DNA of 63,674 nt, the filler included, from Pelomyxa schiedti (taxonomy: Eukaryota > Protista > Evosea), in the NCBI GenBank assembly GCA_020536535.1. It is 13 parts of 13 records of this genome, joined end to end, with 100 filler letters (N's around TTAATTAATTAA, not from the genome) between each part and the next. Parts side by side here need not be neighbours in the genome. Positions count along the whole stretch, not along the records: positions 58,786 to 63,674 come from JAHLWZ010001548.1; 12 more parts are not named here. One strand, given 5' to 3'. Each line of letters starts with the position of its first letter. The first letter of the stretch is position 1. The notes under the pieces were generated by a model, which did no database searches, was not told the origin of the DNA, and saw only the letters and a program-made list of their open reading frames with translations. Positions 63,420 to 63,674 of this stretch are shown here, piece by piece. The position numbers were made by a program, and so were the translations under genes.

Positions 63420-63674
63420 CTTGAGTCCTGCTCTCATCATAGCCTCTTTACCAGCAGGTGCTAGTGCTAAGCCAAGGGAAAAAAAAAAGAGTAAGCAAGC
63501 AAACAAACAAAGCAAAAATCAATGAAAACAAAAAAAAAAAAAAAAAACAACAGACTTTCAGAGTAGTCGAAGTGAGCGCGAGCGAGCCTCCAGGTGATCT
63601 CAAAGTCGTCCATCTTGTTTGGCTGGGAGTCCAACAGCGCATGCACGTCGTGGTACTTGAGCTGGTCTCGCAGC
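63420..63674 (-). CDS. RMDN (regulator of microtubule dynamics)-like TPR fragment, running off the window
   Basis: LRDQLKYHDVHALLDSQPNKMDDFEITWRLARAHFDYSE/…KEAMMRAGLKM resembles the RMDN ExxWRLARA motif. The downstream frame hits a stop, so it may be degenerate. Confidence 0.5.

Noticed and set aside
1-63674. tRNA, rRNA or snoRNA genes
   Set aside because: None could be recognised by eye; a covariance-model search (tRNAscan-SE, Infernal/Rfam) would be needed.

Overview
This window is not one locus. It is about 13 eukaryotic contigs/scaffolds joined by 100-nt N-TTAATTAATTAA-N linkers, plus four plain 100-N scaffold gaps. Short GT-AG introns, low-complexity N-termini and expanded 'QFxAL...RCG..SP' gene families suggest an amoebozoan protist, probably a Pelomyxa-like archamoeba (inference). 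Conserved genes recognised by motif: VPS54, SSSCA1/ZNRD2, CFAP298, a PPP phosphatase, pICln/CLNS1A, a DH-PH RhoGEF, a GT10 fucosyltransferase and an RMDN-like fragment. Accessory content includes (i) a vWA - IFI44-like P-loop GTPase - 2x ubiquitin-like - helical - vWA locus next to a PINK1-like kinase pseudogene, (ii) a cluster of divergent Rab/Ras-like GTPases interleaved with split Cys/His-finger genes, partly present twice, with the second copy decaying and carrying a 256-bp solo LTR with a 4-bp TSD, (iii) two copies of a Ty3/Gypsy element whose differences are dominated by CpG transitions, implying CpG methylation of transposons, and (iv) many pseudogene relics. All calls come from manual motif recognition; no searches were run, and exon boundaries are approximate.
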